A DNA stretch of 64,000 nucleotides from Octopus vulgaris (Eukaryota), in assembly GCA_951406725.2 (NCBI GenBank), contig OX597837.1:37510001-37574000 (forward strand). The letters are read 5' to 3'. This document shows positions 14,168-28,269 of this stretch, piece after piece. The notes below the pieces were generated by a model, which saw only the letters and a list, made by a program, of their open reading frames with translations, made no database searches and was not told where the DNA came from. Made by a program: the position numbers and the translations under genes. Numbering within the stretch: the first letter of the stretch is position 1; the number at the start of each line of letters is the position of its first letter.

Positions 14168-14174
<7 letters not shown>
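13903..14174. mobile_element. Fold-back MITE with ~110-bp inverted arms in TA repeats
   Basis: ATATCAAGGGAGCAAGGGC...CACATGG is inverted at 14068-14169. Confidence 0.65.
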
Positions 14175-14216
<42 letters not shown>

Positions 14217-14885
14217 GTATATATGGGTACAGGACGTCACCAATAGTTCGAACAACATGAAATATGTAAACAACAAGAAAAAATGGAAAACAGGACAAGT
14301 ATACTCAGAGAAAGGACCCTTCATCAGTTGTCAGCTGTCTGTCTACTCCTCATTTTGAGCATTCAACGACAATCTGTCTCTCTCCCCTCTTTCTCGTTTT
14401 TTTTTTCTCTCTCTCTCTCTGTCTTGTTGCTAACATGTGACCATCATCCAACTTTCTTTTCCTCACATGACCATCTTTCTTTTCCTGCAAGGATGTTCAA
14501 AAGAGCAGACCTTTTTTTTTCTCTGTCTTCTATCTTTTCTCTTTTCAAAGAAATTATTTCTCTCAGCATTCACTATTTTCCTCTCATTCTGGTCTAACGA
14601 CTCTCCATGTTTATTTTCGTTCAGTTTCCTTGTATGTCTCCACTGTTGTGTTTTTGTTCCCAACTTTGACCCTCCATAAATCCTAAATTTTATTTTAGAA
14701 TTTATGGAAGTAACTATCTTTAGAGACTCAATTGTTGTTGAATGCTCGAAATAAGGAGTAGATAGACAGCTGACAACTGATGAAGGGTCCTTTCTCTGTG
14801 TTTACTTGTCCTGTTTTCCATTTCCTTTTTATTGTTTACGTATTTCATGTTTGAACTGTTGGTGACATCCTGTACCCATATATGC

Positions 14886-14950
<65 letters not shown>

Positions 14951-14961
14951 TATACATACAT

Positions 14962-14993
<32 letters not shown>

Positions 14994-15182
14994 TCTTTTC
15001 TTTTCTTTTTTTTTTCTTTTACTTGTTTCAGTCATTTGACTGTGGCCATGCTGGAGCACCGCCTTTTTTTTAGTCGAGCAAATCAACCCCGGGACTTATT
15101 CTTTGTAAGCCCAGTACTTATTCTATCGGTCTCTTTTTGCCGAACCGCTAAGTGACGGGGATGTAAACACACCAGCACACAA

Positions 15183-15235
<53 letters not shown>

Positions 15236-16091
15236 TACGACAGGCTTCTTTCAGTTTCCGTCTACCAAATCCACTCACAAGGCATTGGTCGGCCTGGGGC
15301 TATAGCAGAAGACACTTGCCCAAGATGCCACGCAGTGGGACTGAACCCGGAACCATGTGGTTGGTTAGCAAGCTACTTACCACACAGCCACTAAATATAT
15401 ATATATATATATCTTGTATTTCATTTGCTATTTATTATTTAATTGAATTCCACGCATCCATTTCCAAGTACACACACCCACACACTCACACAAATACACG
15501 CACACACACACATAATTATGCCCCCAGCCTAGCCACAGTCCAATGACTGAAACAAGTGAACGACGACAAAAGATCTACAATGGACTTCAACACAGTTTCC
15601 ATTTACCAAATTAACTAATAAGGCATTGGCTGACTTGTGCGGGGGGGGGGCGTACTGTAGAAGACCATGGGTGTTACAGCAGGGCAAGTGTCTTAACAAA
15701 ACAACCATCTATAAAACACACACAAACAGGAGGAAAACAAACAAATAAATTAATTCGAAATGACCTAATCTAACGATGATGATAAAGTTGGTAAAACCAG
15801 GAGATAAATCAGGGCAGACGTTGTTTGCGTAGGAGAAAAGTTAAATGTTATTTATTTATATTTTCCCCAAAAAGCTGATTTAGATAATGGAATTTTGTTC
15901 TTTAATAGATGCGGGCATGGGTGTGTGTACGTGGGTGTGTGTGTGTGTGGTAAGAAGTTTGCTGTTCATCCACATGGTTTTGGGGGGCAGTTTTATTGTA
16001 GGGTACCTTAGGTAAGTGTTGTCAGCTACAGACCTGGGATATCCAAAACCTTGTGAGCGGATGTGGTGGACGGAAACTGAAAGAAACTCCT

Positions 16092-16128
<37 letters not shown>

Positions 16129-16316
16129 AAGAAAGAAAGTATATGTATATATATATATATATATATATACATATATATCATCATCATCATCATCATCATC
16201 ATTTAGCATCCGTATTCCATGCTAGCATGGGTTGGACGGTTTTAACTGCGGTCTGTGAAGCCGGAAGGCTTCATCAGGCCCAGTCAGATTTGGCAGTGTT
16301 TCTACGGCTGGATGCC

Positions 16317-16434
<118 letters not shown>

Positions 16435-17178
16435 CTATGGTGTAGATGTGCCTCGACTAAAATTCTTCAGGGCGATGCCACAGCATGGCCACAATCTAAT
16501 TACTGAAACAAGTAAAAATGATAAAAAGATACTTATAAATATAGGCAGAGCAGTGGTACAGGCCCAGGAGTGGTAAGCAGCTGTGTGGTAAGTGGCTTGC
16601 TTACCAACCACATGGTTCTGGTTTCAGTCCCACGGCGTGGCACCTTGGGAGAGTGTCTTCTACTACAGCCTCAGACCGTATATATATATATATATATGAC
16701 GAGCTTCATTCAGTTTCCGCCTACCGAATCCACTCACAAGGCTTGGTTGACCCAAGGCTATAATAGAAGACACTTGCCCAAGACTGAACCCAGAACCACG
16801 TGGTGGCTGGTAAGCAAATATATATATATATATATATATAAATCTAAATCTTTTAAATCTTTTACTCGTTTCAGTCATTTGACTGCGGCCATGCTGGAGC
16901 ACCGCCTTTAGTCGAGCAAATCGACCCCGGAACTTGTTCTTTTGTAAGCCCAGTACTTATTCTATCGGTCTCTATTGCCGAACCACTAAGTGACGGGGAC
17001 GTAAACACACCAGCATCGGTTGTCAAGCAATGCTAGGGGGACAAACACATACACACAAATGCACACACATGTATATATATATGGGGCATTTGAATTATAA
17101 CGTCGGATGTAATCAATTGAACCACACGCGTATTTATCGTTATGGTAAAATCTGGCGTGTGATTGAGTGGATTTCATC

Positions 17179-17272
17179 CAGATAGTCTTGGCTGACGAGC
17201 TACAAATGGATTATTGTAAGTAATATTACATTTAATTCATTAATAGCGAAACAATTGTCCCAAAATAATCTG
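17179..17272 (+). ncRNA. Type I hammerhead ribozyme, copy 1 (predicted cleavage after C17259)
   Basis: Stem I TTGG/CCAA extended by CAGAT/ATCTG; core CTGACGA at 17192-17198; stem II GCTA/TAGC with AATGGATTA/TAATTCATT extension; GAAA at 17248-17251; palindromic stem III ACAATTGT; GUC triplet. Confidence 0.85.
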
Positions 17273-17711
17273 TATTTTTGTTATTTTTTATTTGCCCTGT
17301 CCGTGTGAGCTAACAGTCGTACTGGCTTTCATGGGAAACATGTATTTTCGTGGTTGAAACCTTTTGGATTAACTGGTGCTAGAGTGATCAATATAGTGAC
17401 CACTCTCTTATATTTATTTTGTGAAAATATTATAATATGTTATAAAATATTATAATAATCCAGGTTTCTCGTAGCACTAGGCCACTTGGTGTGGAATAAA
17501 TATACTATTAAATTAGTATCTAATTCTCTCACCCTTATTAATTAATTATAATTATGCTGCATTTATTTCTAAATGCTGTATTTGTTTTCCGTGAGAGTTT
17601 GGCGCGCTGTTGGTTGGGGCATTTGAATTATAACGTCGGATGTAATCAATTGAACCACACGCGTATTTATCGTTATGGTAAAATCTGGCGTGTGATTGAG
17701 TGGATTTCATC

Positions 17712-17805
17712 CAGATAGTCTTGGCTGACGAGCTACAAATGGATTATTGTAAGTAATATTACATTTAATTCATTAATAGCGAAACAATTGTCCCAAAATA
17801 ATCTG
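17712..17805 (+). ncRNA. Type I hammerhead ribozyme, copy 2 (predicted cleavage after C17792)
   Basis: Identical to copy 1, 533 nt downstream. Confidence 0.85.
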
Positions 17806-19312
17806 TATTTTTGTTATTTTTTATTTGCCCTGTCCGTGTGAGCTAACAGTCGTACTGGCTTTCATGGGAAACATGTATTTTCGTGGTTGAAACCTTTTGG
17901 ATTAACTGGTGCTAGAGTGATCAATATAGTGACCACTCTCTTATATTTATTTTGTGAAAATATTATAATATGTTATAAAATATTATAATAATCCAGGTTT
18001 CTCGTAGCACTAGGCCACTTGGTGTGGAATAAATATACTATTAAATTAGTATCTAATTCTCTCACCCTTATTAATTAATTATATATATATATACATATAT
18101 ACGACGGGCTTCTTTCAGTTTCCGTCTACCAAATCCACTCACAAGGCATTGGTCGGCCTGGGGCATTGGTCGGCATATATATATATAAATAAGGATAAGA
18201 TCGTTAATTTAAGATAAAATAATGATTTCTGCAAAGCCAGAAATCCAGGATCTAGAATTATCCAGTAATTTTTTACTAGTTTCATCTTGTCTCTTTGTTT
18301 TCTCTCCGTGTTGATATATGGACAATTAAAGTGGTTTTAGAGTCAGATCATGGCTGGTATTTTCAGCATGGTGGTATTTCGTAGATACCCTAATTTATAA
18401 TTTTTGATATATATATATATGTATGTATGTATGTATGTATATATGTATGTATGTATGTGTGTGTGTATGTATGTGTGTGTGTGTGTGTGTGTGTGTATGA
18501 GTGTGTTTGTTTGTCCCCCCTACTATCACTTGACAACTGATGTTGGTGTGTTTATGTCCCCGTAACTTAGCAGTTTGGCAAAAGAGACCGATGGAATAAG
18601 TACTAGGCTTACAAAGAATAACACCTAAGGTAGATTTCTTCAAACAAAGGCGGTGCTCCAGCATGGCCGCAGTCAAATGACTGAAACAAATAAAAGCATA
18701 AAAGAATAACACACACACACACACACACACACATGTCAGGCTTCTTTCAGTTTCTGTTTTCTGTCAACTAAATCTACCCACAAAGCTTTAGATAGCTTGG
18801 GTGCTATGTGGGAGAAGGGACTCGGGTACTGGCAAGTTGCAAGGCGGTGAGCTGGCAGAATCGTTAGCATGTCGGGCGAAATGCTTTGCGGTATTTCGTC
18901 TGCCACTACGTTCTGAGTTCAAATTCCGTCGAGGTCGACTTTGCCTTTTATCCTTTCGGGGTCGATTAAATAAGTACCAGTTACGCACTGGGGTCGATAT
19001 AATCGACTTAATCTGTTTGTCTGTCATTGTTTGTCCTCTCTGTGTTTAGCCCCTTGTGGGTAGTAAAGAAATAGGTATTTCGTCTGCCACTACGTTCTGA
19101 GTTCAAATTCCGTTGAGGTCAACTTTGCCTTTCATCCTTTCGGAGTCGATTAAATAAGTACCAGTTACGCACTGGGGTCGATATAATCGACTTAATCTGT
19201 TTGTCTGTCATTGTTTGTCCTCTCTGTGTTTAGCCCCTTGTGGGTAGTAAAGAAATAGGTACTCGGGTACAGGTTCAAGGAACGACATAGAGGGGTTACA
19301 CTTAAAAAATAT

Positions 19313-19725
19313 AGGCGCAGGAGTGGCTGTTTGGTAAGTAGCTTGCTAACCAACCACATGGTTCCGGGTTCAGTCCCACTGCGTGGCATCTTGGGCACGT
19401 GTCTTCTGCTATAGCCCCGGGCCGACCAATGCCTTGTGAGTGAATTTGGTAGACGGAAACTGAAAGAAGCCTGTCGTATATATGTATATATTTATAAGTG
19501 TGTGTGAATATGTTTGTGTGTCTGTGTTTGTTCCCCTAGCATTGCTTGACAACCGATGCTGGTGTGTTTACGTCCCCGTCACTTAGCGGTTCGGCAAAAG
19601 AGACTGATAGAATAAGTACTGGGCTTACAAAGAATAAGTCCCGGGGTCGATTTGCTCGACTAAAGGCGGTGCTCCAGCATGGCCGCAGTCAAATGACTGA
19701 AACAAGTAAAAAGAGTAAAAAGAGT
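19313..19725 (+). mobile_element. Full-length copy of the dominant tRNA-derived SINE (many copies in window)
   Basis: GGCGCAGGAGTGGCTG..GGTTCAGTCCC head, internal TA/TG microsatellite, GGCGGTGCTCCAGCATGGCCGCAGTCAAATGACTGAAAC tail; further copies e.g. 11945-12345(-), 24333-24735(+), 35765-36142(-), 38788-39162(-), 56921-57305(+), 62975-63390(+). Confidence 0.9.
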
Positions 19726-19963
19726 AAAGAGGGTCAATGGACAAAGTTCCTAACTACACAAATATGTCAGAAACCCTGGTTCAGCATTTAGGTCAATATG
19801 AAGTGCCTAGATAATGACACTTGATGATGAATTAAGGGCAGGAATTAACGATGTGCCAATTTGCAAATTAAAAAAAAAACATGCAACACAAAACTTGTAT
19901 CACATTATCTGACAATGTCCTGCTTTATTAAACTAATTTTGTCAGAGATAATACATTATGCGT

Positions 19964-19998
<35 letters not shown>

Positions 19999-20047
19999 AT
20001 GCATGTGCATGTGCTTATATACATATATGTATGTATATGTGTGTGTA

Positions 20048-20430
20048 TCTCTCTCTATATAAACGGCAGTTTGTCTGTGCCTGTTTCTGTGTGTCTGTTT
20101 GCTTGTACCCTCACCCTGACCACGGCTTTCAACCGATTCTGATGAAGCTTGACACACACATAGCCCAACGTCATAATTCAAAACTAACGCAGCGAAAATT
20201 TTGAAAAGTTCCCCCAGTTCTGAAAAAAATCGATAAATTCGACATGGGGTCGAGAATCAGAAACACAAACCGCAAACTGTCTAGGGGACGCAACTCCACC
20301 TTTTCTTACTCTCAAAAAAATTTACCATCATTTTTTTCCATTTTTTTGCTATTTTTTGGCTATAACTCTCTAAAAATGCTTTATAGTTATTTCCCTTACA
20401 AACCTGAGCAACGCCAGGCGATACTGCTAG
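20048..20430 (+). mobile_element. Non-autonomous Helitron-like element (second family)
   Basis: A|TC...hairpin...CTAG|T; close copy on - strand at 53258-53638. Confidence 0.75.
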
Positions 20431-20461
<31 letters not shown>

Positions 20462-20845
20462 GTGTATATGCATGCATTTTTTTATTATTTTCTATTTTCT
20501 TGTTTCGGTCATTTGACTGTGGCCATGCTGGAGCACTGCCTTTAGTTGAGCAAATCAACCCCAGGATTTATTCTTTGTAAGCCTATATATATTCTATTAG
20601 TTCTCTTTTGCCAAACCGCTAAGTTACAGGGATGTAAACACACCAGCATCAGTTGTCAGACAAACAGACACACAAACATATACATACACACACACACACC
20701 CACACACACACATATATACGGTAGCAGGTGGTTCGGTTGCTACCGTACAACCTTACAAAAGATTGTACCTACCCAGGTAATAACCAGGAATGACTTTGGA
20801 TTTAATTATCCCTTAGAGGTATGAAACCCCTCTAATTGATTCATA

Positions 20846-20910
<65 letters not shown>

Positions 20911-21765
20911 CATTAGGTTTCTTTCAGTTTTCATCTACCAAATCCACTCACAAAGCTTCGGCTGGCCTGAGACTATAGTAGAAGACACTTGCCCAAGCTG
21001 TCACACAGTGGGACTGAACCTGGAATGATGTGGTTGGTAAGCAAGCTACTTACCACACAGCCACTCCTGCACCTATACACAGCACTCCATGCATGTATAT
21101 ATATGTATATCATCATCATCATCATCATCATCGTTTAGCAATCACTTATCATGCTGGCATGGGTTGGACGGTTTAACAGAAGCCAGCCAGGCAAAAGACT
21201 GCACCAGACTTCTATGAATATATATATATATGCATATATGTGCGTGTAAGAGTGTATACACACACACAATATATATATATATATACTCATATAACCCATG
21301 CTAGCATGGAAAACGGACGCTAGACGATGATGATGATGATGATTTTGTTTTGACCCTTTAGAATAGGAATTCTTGAAAAGTAAACATTTTGCATCGTATA
21401 GCTTGTTATTCTCTTTAAGTGAACATTTTTCTGGTTGAGATACACCGAAAAATCGTGACACAGCAGTCAAAATAGCATAAAAAATAGAGATTTTCATAGA
21501 AAAAAAAGCACCTTTTTGATGTAAATAATTTTTGGTGTTAACATGGTCCGATTTGAATTTTTTCTTCTACGGAATGAAGAGCAAGCCTTCTTCTATCATA
21601 CTCTCAATTTTGGTCAACTTGTGCCGCAGGATGTCGGAGGAGATAGTGTTTAGTTGAAGGCTACCAAACCTGCCATACACAGACAACTTCAGCTTTATAT
21701 ATAAGGAGATATATGTATATATAAACATTATATATTTATATATATATAAGTATACATTATGTACA

Positions 21766-21796
<31 letters not shown>

Positions 21797-21823
21797 AAAT
21801 TATTTATATATATATATATAAAA

Positions 21824-21929
<106 letters not shown>

Positions 21930-22374
21930 GTGGCTGTGTGGTAAGTAGCTTGCTTACCAACCACATGGTTCCGGGTTCAGTCCCACTGTGTGGCACCTTG
22001 GGCAAGTGTCTTCAACTATAGCCTCGGGCCGACCAAACCCTTGTGAGTAGATTTGGTAGACGGAAACTGAAAGAAGCCCTGATGGTTTGATAAGAACCGG
22101 CCAGGCAGAAGGCTACACCAGGCATCTGTGTCTGTTTCAGCAGGGTTTTTATGGCTGGACGCTCTTCCTAACACCAACCACCCCACAGAATGGACTGAGT
22201 GTTTTTTACATGGCACCAGCACAGGTGAGGTCAGTTTTGGTGTGATTCTTACAGCTGGATGCCCTTCCAAATGCCAACCACTCCACAGTGTGGACTGGAT
22301 GTACTTTTTACATGACATGAACACCAGCGAGAGGGTTACCGAATAACTTGCAAGACCAGGAATTTTGAGAGGGG

Positions 22375-22590
<216 letters not shown>

Positions 22591-22755
22591 ATAAACACAA
22601 TTTTCAATGCTTTGCAAATACATTAAAAGTGCAACGAATGAACCTATGAATCCAGCTCTGCAAAACAAACAAATTTATCAGAAACCAGAAGTTAATCTAT
22701 TTCTCTCAAATGTAAATATTGGTTTAGGAATGTGTTTGTTTAACCCATGTTGGAG

Positions 22756-22791
<36 letters not shown>

Positions 22792-22794
22792 AAT

Positions 22795-22907
<113 letters not shown>

Positions 22908-22912
22908 TATAG

Positions 22913-22965
<53 letters not shown>

Positions 22966-23030
22966 GGTCCCGGGTTGAGTCGGGGTTAACCACAGTAAAT
23001 AAGGTACTCAATACATAGCAGAGTAAATTA

Positions 23031-23251
<221 letters not shown>

Positions 23252-23398
23252 CATATATATATATATGTATATACATGGAGATAGTAATGCAAATAAATCT
23301 TTTTGGCTTTGAGATGCAGAATATATATATATACATGAATACATGTAAATAATAAAAAAGGCAAAGAATGAAAAATTTTCAGATGATTAACATTCAAG

Positions 23399-23455
<57 letters not shown>

Positions 23456-23659
23456 ATGCAGCACGGATTTTTGTCAGTGAACAGGTCGCGGTCTTAAAGC
23501 GACGAAAATATTTTGAAAAATTTAGACTTAAATGTTGAAGTGAATCGAACGGCTTTTGTGCGTTTCTTAAATGGCTTACAAACACCTTCCACGCTGCAAT
23601 TGTTTTCGTTTCAGTGCACGACCTCAGATCAAATCACTTGCTATGCGAGTACATCTCCG

Positions 23660-23701
<42 letters not shown>

Positions 23702-23819
23702 TTATTTATTTGTATATATATTAATAATAGAGCAAACTTATTCGGATTACATAGACAGAAAGAATTAGAAGGGAAGTCTTCCGCTATTCACATGTACACA
23801 TGCATATATATTCTGTATA

Positions 23820-24280
23820 TCAAATCCAAAATGGATAGACGAATGTTGAGGTGGCTTGGTCACATGGAGAGGATGGATGAGGAGTCGATGGTAAGGAGTG
23901 GAAGGCTGAAGCGGTAGGCAGCAGAACCAGAGGCAGGCCTCGGTTTCTGTGGATCGATGGAGTGAGGAAAGCTTTCGTGGTTAGTCGTGTTGGAGTGAGA
24001 GAGGCGAGAGAGTTTATAAATGATAGGAAAGCTTGGAGAGTGTTTGTGGATGGATGAGTGAATTTGCTCAAAGGAGTACGGGACCAGCATGATGCGACAG
24101 GGGTAAACCAGCAAATGCTGTCAGGCCCCACTGCTGATACTGGGGGGTTGCGTTCTATGCCTTAACCCGAACATAGAATGGGGCTCACTTCTTTGAGCTG
24201 GGAAATAAATGGAATGCCTGGGGTGTGTCTTGTTGTGGCAACCCCACCCCTAAAAAAAAGGGTACTAGGCCAAGGTATAT
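23820..24280 (+). mobile_element. RTE-like LINE 3' fragment
   Basis: LRWLGHMERM...RGRPRFLWIDGVR C-terminal motif across a frameshift. Confidence 0.65.
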
Positions 24281-25254
24281 GTAGGTATCAAACCTAAGAA
24301 GTTTTAATCTGTTTATTTGAATTATTGTCTCCAGGAGTGGCTGTGTGGTAAGTAGCTTGCTAACCAACCACATGGTTCCAGGTTCAGTTCCACTGCGTGG
24401 CATCTTGGGCAAGTGTCTTCTGCTATAGCCCCGGGCCGACCAATGCCTTGTGAGTGGATTTGGTAGACGGAAACTGAAAGAAGCCTGTCGTATATATGTA
24501 TATATATATATATGTATGTGTGTGTATGTTTGTGTATCTGTGTTTGTCCTCCTAGCATTGCTTGACAACCGATGCTGGTGTGTTTACGTCCCCGTCACTT
24601 AGCGGTTCGGCAAAAGAGAGACCGATAGAATAAGTACTGGGCTTACAATGAATAAGTCCCAGGGTCGAGTTGCTCGATTAAAGGCGGTGCTCCAGTATGG
24701 CCGCAGTCAAATGACTGAAACAAGTAAAAGAGTAAAGAGTATATATGCAGCCTTGGATTTCCTTTACAGCCATTGTTTACTCTGCTGACTTGGTCCTCAT
24801 TGAAGATTGCAGAGTGTAAATTCAAATCTTTAGGGTGCTACTAAGTGTTTTTATATAGAGATTCTCTAAATCTCATTTATTAACTGTTTCCTAAAGGGCA
24901 TCGGGCCTTGTTTACACAATTACACATGGGTTTATTCACTTGTAAATTGCCCTCATAATTATAAGAATTTCAACGAGCACCTGTCTGTAAAATAGGCATT
25001 AAGGTTGGATTATAATAATAATTATTATTAGAATTAATATTGATACAAGGTAAAAGGCTTAACTATATTTTTTAATATTTCTTTATTGACCACAAGGGGC
25101 TAAACATAGAGGGGACAAACAAGGGGATTAAGTCGATTATATTGATCCCAGTGATTGACTGGTGTTTATTTAAGCGACCCCGACCAGTCGTCTCTCTTGC
25201 ACACCACATCTGATACTTCATATGTTCAACTTTTCTCCCAGGGTGCTTACACTC

Positions 25255-26290
25255 TGTCTTTACGTTCTGAGTTCAAATTCTGTCAAGGTTAACTTTGCTT
25301 TTCATCTTTTCAGGGTCAATAAATTAAGTACCAGTTGCATACTGGGGCCAATCTAATCCACTGGCACCCTCCCTCCAAAATTTCAGGCCTTGTGCCTAGA
25401 GCAGAAAAGAATATTAAAGCGGTGAGTTGGCAGAAATGTTAACACGCCGGGGGAAATGCTTAGCGATATTTCATTCTTCCTTACGTTCTGAGTTCAAATT
25501 CTACAAAGGTCGACTTTGGCTTTCATCCTTTCAGGGTCAATAAATTAAGTACCTATTGCGTACTGGGGTCAATCTAATTGTCTGGGCCCCACTCCCAAAA
25601 TTTCAGGCCTTGTGCCTAGAGCAGAAAAGAATATTAAAAGCAGCGAGTTGGCAGAAATGTTAAAATGCTGGGCGAAATGCTTAGCGATATTTCATCAGTC
25701 TTTACGTTCTGAGTTCAAATTCTACCAAGGTCGACTTTGCCTTTCATCCTTTCAGGGTCAATAAATTAAGTACCTATTGCGTACTGGGGTCAATCTAATT
25801 GTCTGGGCCCCACTCCCAAAATTTCAGGCCTTGTGCCTAGAGCAGAAAAGAATATTAAAAGCAGCGAGTTGGCAGAAATGTTAAAATGCTGGGCGAAATG
25901 CTTAGCGATATTTCATCAGTCTTTACGTTCTGAGTTCAAATTCTACCAAGGTCGACTTTGCCTTTCATCCTTTCAGGGTCAATAAATTAAGTACCTATTG
26001 CGTACTGGGGTCAATCTAATTGTCTGGGCCCCACTCCCAAAATTTCAGGCCTTGTGCCTAGAGCAGAAAAGAATATTAAAAGCAGCGAGTTGGCAGAAAT
26101 GTTAAAATGCTGGGCGAAATGCTTAGCGATATTTCATCAGTCTTTACGTTCTGAGTTCAAATTCTACCAAGGTCGACTTTGCCTTTCATCCTTTCAGGGT
26201 CAATAAATTAAGTACCTATTGCGTACTGGGGTCAATCTAATTGTCTGGGCCCCACTCCCAAAATTTCAGACCTTGTGCCTAGAGTAGAAA
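25255..26290 (+). repeat. Tandem array of a SINE unit, 221-bp period, ~4.7 copies
   Basis: GCAGAAAAGAATATTAAAAG at 25621, 25842 and 26063; the unit contains GAGTTCAAATTC B-box and TTCATCCTTTCAGGGTCAATAAA domain. Confidence 0.9.
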
Positions 26291-26792
26291 AAATTAGAGA
26301 CATATTATAGTCATACTATTTTGCTGTCTTCAAATTTTGGGTCACAGCCTCAAAAATAAGCCATCTGCAGGAGCCAACTTCAAAGTCTACAAAGAGTGCA
26401 GCTTTTAAGTTAGTTTCAAATATAAATGAAGTGAAAGTATACAAAAAGAAGCATTATATTCCTTCTTATTTTTAGTTTTGCTTCATTTTGAAAAAACAAA
26501 AATATATCCTATGATTTACTGTTTATATTTTGAATTACAAATCTCTTAAGTGCTGAGCACTTGTTTAAGTGTTAATCCAGTCCCGTGTGTAATGAGGAAT
26601 AAATGATGCCAAAAAAATTTTCCAATTTCCTGTTTCAAAAGTATTACTCATTAGAAAATATTTTTCAAGATTTTCAACTTTTATGCCTACATTTCTCACA
26701 AATATAACATCTCTAAACGGATTTGAAATACTGAAACAAGCACAGATGTACTTCAAGAGGACATAGCTTGGGTCTTATCTCTATCTACTTTA

Positions 26793-26922
26793 CATGCATG
26801 TGTGTGTGTGTGTGTGTGTGTTTGTGTGTGTGTATGTTTGTGTGTGTGTGCATGTTTGTGTGTTTGTGTGTGTGTGTTTGTGTGTGTGTGTTTGTGTATG
26901 TGTGTGTGTGCATGTGTGTGTA

Positions 26923-26965
<43 letters not shown>

Positions 26966-26972
26966 ATGTGTT

Positions 26973-27030
<58 letters not shown>

Positions 27031-27104
27031 TGTGCGTGTGTGTGTATGCGTGTGTGTGTGTATGCGTGTGTGTGTGTTTGTGTGTGTGGCGCGTGTGCAT
27101 GTGT

Positions 27105-27141
<37 letters not shown>

Positions 27142-27313
27142 TGTGTTTGTGTGTGTGTGTGTGTTTGTGCGTGTGTGTGTGCGTGTGTGTGTATGCGTGT
27201 GTGTGTGTTTGTGTGTGTGTGTGTGGGCGTGTGTGTGTGTGTGTTTGTGTGTGTGTGTGGACGCACGCGCGCGTGTGTTTGTGTGTGTGTGTGTGTGTTT
27301 GTGTATGTGTGTG

Positions 27314-27344
<31 letters not shown>

Positions 27345-27409
27345 ATGTTTGTGTGTGTGTGTATGTGTGTTTGTGTGTGCGCGTGTGTGCATGTGTGTGT
27401 GTGCTTGTG

Positions 27410-27453
<44 letters not shown>
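26793..27453. repeat. Degenerate (GT)n microsatellite, ~660 bp
   Basis: GT repeats interrupted by TT/GC/AT. Confidence 0.98.
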
Positions 27454-27456
<3 letters not shown>

Positions 27457-27962
27457 AAAACATCATCGTCATCATCATCATCATCTAATGTCCATTTTCC
27501 ATGCTGGCATGGATTGGCCGATTTGACAAGAGCTGGCCAACTGAAGACTTGGCTTGGACTCCATGTCCATTCTGGCTTGGTTTCTATGGCTGGATGCCCC
27601 TTCCAAATTCTTTTACACATTTCAGTCAATTGACTGTGGCCATGCTGGAGCACCGCCTTTAGTCGTGCAACTCAACCCCGAGACTTATTCTTTGTAAGCC
27701 CAGTACTTATTCTATCAGTCTCTTTTGCTGAACCGCTAAGTGACGGGGACATAAACACACCAGCATCGGTTGTCAAGCGATGCTAGGGGGACAAACACAG
27801 ACAAACAGACATATACACACACACACATATATATATATACATATATATATATACGACGGGCTTCTTTCAGTTTCCGTCTACCAAATCCACTCACAAGGCT
27901 TTGGTCGGCCTGAGGCTATAGTAGAAGACACTTACAGTAGAAAGAAGCCTGTCGTATATATG

Positions 27963-27993
<31 letters not shown>

Positions 27994-28269
27994 TTGTCCC
28001 CCTAGCATTGCTTGACAACTGATGCAGGTGTGTTTACGTTACGTCCCATCACTTAGCGGTTCGGCAAAAAGAGACCGATAGAATAAGTACTGGGCTTACA
28101 AAAAGAATAAGTCCCGGGGTCGACTTGCTCTACTAAAGGCGGTGCTCCAGCATGGCCGCAGTCAAATGACTGAAACAAGTAAAAGAGTAAAAGAGAGTAT
28201 ATATATGGTGTATTTTACGTACCATCAGCATGGATGCCAGTCAGGTGGCACTAGCATCGGACTATGATG

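Larger units (their letters stand above)
17083..18083 (+). mobile_element. Retrozyme-like / non-autonomous Penelope-like element: 533-bp tandem unit (~1.9 copies), one hammerhead per unit
   Basis: 17083-17550 is repeated, apparently identically, at 17616-18083. No ORF. Inserted in the (TA)n tract of a SINE that resumes after 18083. Confidence 0.8.

Noticed and set aside
14205-14890. CTGATGA in an inverted repeat pair as a hammerhead
   Set aside because: No correctly placed GAAA or stem III; recorded only as a dispersed inverted repeat
26753-27653. Long His/Thr and Cys/Val ORFs (also at 8.5 kb and 22.4 kb)
   Set aside because: Dinucleotide microsatellite translations
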